64,000 nt of DNA from Candidatus Poribacteria bacterium (GTDB lineage Bacteria > Poribacteria > WGA-4E > WGA-3G), in the NCBI GenBank assembly GCA_965197475.1, contig CBDANF010000003.1:640001-704000 (forward strand). Reading direction: 5' to 3'. Positions 62,227-64,000 of the stretch are shown here, in pieces. Each line of letters starts with the position of its first letter. Position 1 is the stretch's first letter. A model generated the notes under the pieces. It worked only from the letters and a program-made list of their open reading frames with translations, had not been told where the DNA came from and searched no databases. Position numbers and translations under genes: made by a program.

Positions 62227-62974
62227 TTTTTGGACTTACCTAACTGTAACATATAATGTGTGGTTTACTGCGCCACTTGCTGTCGTCTTTCTGTTCGCAA
62301 TTTTTCGGCTTGTCCTCGGTGGTTTAGACTTCGGGGATGCCGACTTAGATGCGGATGTTGATGCGGATGTTGACTTTGACGTTGATGCGGATGTTGACTT
62401 TGATGTCGACGCTGACATTGATATTGACGTAGATGCCGATGTGGATGTTGATGCTGACATTGATGCCGACGCAGATGTAAGTGCGGATTCAGGGGTAAGC
62501 GGCAATTCTTTTGCCGACGTATTGGGCTTTCTAAATGTAGGAAGAGTTCCCTTTATGGTGATGATGATGTCGCTCTTTACAATCTGGAGTTTCACTGGAC
62601 TAATCGTCAATGAAATCCTTGGTGTCAAGAATACCCCAAACTTTTTCTGGATATCTTGTGCGTTGGCACTTGTATGTGGTGTGTTAGGTACTCGGTACTT
62701 ATCGCTTACACTCGCAAAGATTTTTCCCGAAAGTGATCCAGCTACGAAGGATCTGCATCTACTCGGATTGCAGGGCAGGGTAATTAGCGGGCAAATCACA
62801 ACGACTTTTGGAACCGCGCGGGTGCAAGTTCCGGACGGTCATACATTAACGGTGAGATGTCGCGTCAAACCCGACGAACCAAATCCAGTAAAGGGCGATA
62901 CTGTAATTTTAGTAAACTACGATTCTGATAAACGGATATTTGATGTAAAACCATCGGAAATGGAATTGCACTAA
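62219..62974 (+). CDS. YqiJ/DUF1449-like (NfeD-type) membrane protein with acidic repeat
   Basis: [13 protein letters not shown]-terminal OB-like GTARV...KGDTVIL; precedes a flotillin. Confidence 0.8.
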   Translation: MGDFWTYLTVTYNVWFTAPLAVVFLFAIFRLVLGGLDFGDADLDADVDADVDFDVDADVDFDVDADIDIDVDADVDVDADIDADADVSADSGVSGNSFADVLGFLNVGRVPFMVMMMSLFTIWSFTGLIVNEILGVKNTPNFFWISCALALVCGVLGTRYLSLTLAKIFPESDPATKDLHLLGLQGRVISGQITTTFGTARVQVPDGHTLTVRCRVKPDEPNPVKGDTVILVNYDSDKRIFDVKPSEMELH

Positions 62975-63021
62975 ATGCCAATTCCTGCTTATTAACCTGA
63001 TACCAGTCAAGGAGATATGAA

Positions 63022-64000
63022 ATGCCGAGCTTATTTGTGCTTATTGTGGGCGGTCTCATTGCGTTGTTTGTTATTTTCGTACTAGTATACAAATCTTTCT
63101 ACAAAAAAGCACCCGCTGACGCAGCGTTGGTGATCTCAGGAGGAAGTAAAAAACGTGTTGTGTTTGGTGGAACTCTCGTTAACCCAATTACAAATACTAC
63201 GCAGCTTATCTCATTAAATACGCTGCAGTTGCCCGTTGAACGGGAAGGTCAAGCGGCTTTGATTACAAAGGACAGTTTGCGGGTTGACATTCAGGCAGAG
63301 TTCTACGTCAAAATTGAACCGAATGAGCAAGATGTGCTTAAAGCAGTAGCTAGTCTTGGTGAAAAAACCCTCACACCGCAGGCAGTGAATACTTTGCTGG
63401 AAGGTAAACTTGTAGGTGTTCTAAGAAGTGTTGCTGCTACCATGGATTTGCAGGAACTCCACGAAAAACGACAGGAATTTTCCGACCAAGTTCAAGAGGC
63501 TTGTCTTGAGGATCTTGAGCAGAACGGATTCAAACTGGAAACAGTTGCTGTTACGAACCTTGACCAAACCCCTCTTGAGGCACTTGACGAAAACAACCGA
63601 TTTGATGTTGTTGCAATCCAGACGATCAAGAAGGAAGTGGAAGAAAAACAGACTGAAACGGCTAAGATTGAACATGAAAACAAGGTAAGACGGGAAGCGG
63701 ACCGTCTTAAAGCGGAACTTGAAATTAAGCAAAAGGAAGAGGAAACAGAAACCGAAGGTTTAGAGGTAGAAAAACGACTTGATTTTGCACAGGAAGAGCA
63801 ACGTCAGGAAATCGCTACCAACAAGGCTGAACAGGAACGTGCTGTTGAGGCACATAAGTTTGAGCAACTGCAAGCGGTTGAGGAAGCACGTATTAAACAG
63901 GAACAAGCTGTAAAATCGGCTGAAATCGCACAGACTCAAAAAATAGAGATGGAACGCATTGAACAGGAACGACAGGTTGAAGAAAGCGAAATCTTACAAA
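63022..64000 (+). CDS. YqiK-like flotillin/SPFH protein (runs off the window)
   Basis: AAGGAG RBS; MPSLFVLIVGG...FYKKA...LITKDSLRVDIQAEFYVKI...LRSVAATM, then EQ-rich coiled coil; absent from the ORF track because no stop lies in the window. Confidence 0.9.
   Translation, partial: MPSLFVLIVGGLIALFVIFVLVYKSFYKKAPADAALVISGGSKKRVVFGGTLVNPITNTTQLISLNTLQLPVEREGQAALITKDSLRVDIQAEFYVKIEPNEQDVLKAVASLGEKTLTPQAVNTLLEGKLVGVLRSVAATMDLQELHEKRQEFSDQVQEACLEDLEQNGFKLETVAVTNLDQTPLEALDENNRFDVVAIQTIKKEVEEKQTETAKIEHENKVRREADRLKAELEIKQKEEETETEGLEVEKRLDFAQEEQRQEIATNKAEQERAVEAHKFEQLQAVEEARIKQEQAVKSAEIAQTQKIEMERIEQERQVEESEILQ

Noticed and set aside
62325-62490. CRISPR-like array
   Set aside because: The repeats are in-frame codon repeats without unique spacers. 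No regularly spaced array or cas gene is visible anywhere in the window.
62236-62799. Ser/Thr-rich minus-strand ORF and similar antisense ORFs in the track
   Set aside because: These are shadows of well-supported genes on the opposite strand.

Overview
Bacterial chromosomal window, most likely from Candidatus Poribacteria or a relative. This is inferred from secreted proteins ending in 'LLPNYPNPFNPETWIPYQL...TRKMVIRK' and 'AVEPDGKLTTTWGGI' motifs, a heparinase-like gene, PhyH and eukaryote-like repeats. Housekeeping and metabolic content: queE, a sigma54-driven porin-amtB-amtB cluster, MacAB-like genes, moeB, wcaJ-like, tRNA-Leu(CAA), hflX, smpB-ssrA and yqiJ/yqiK. It is interleaved with many mobile elements (IS701/IS4-like, IS1595, IS3, IS5, ISAs1 remnants, MITEs, REP-like palindromes), several pseudogenes and candidate defence modules (ATPase-PIN plus two proteases, a DUF4011 helicase-nuclease, an ART-like/DUF6575-like pair). 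The most striking region is 45.6-50.3 kb. A 2.0-kb element with perfect 13-bp terminal inverted repeats encodes only a tandem DUF1670-like protein, with no recognisable transposase, plus a near-consensus promoter facing a hairpin-rich 3' segment (candidate ncRNA). It sits inside a 4.7-kb unit bounded by two inverted MITEs and a 6-bp direct repeat, which also carries a eukaryote-like secreted protein. All family assignments are from motif recognition by eye; no database search was run.
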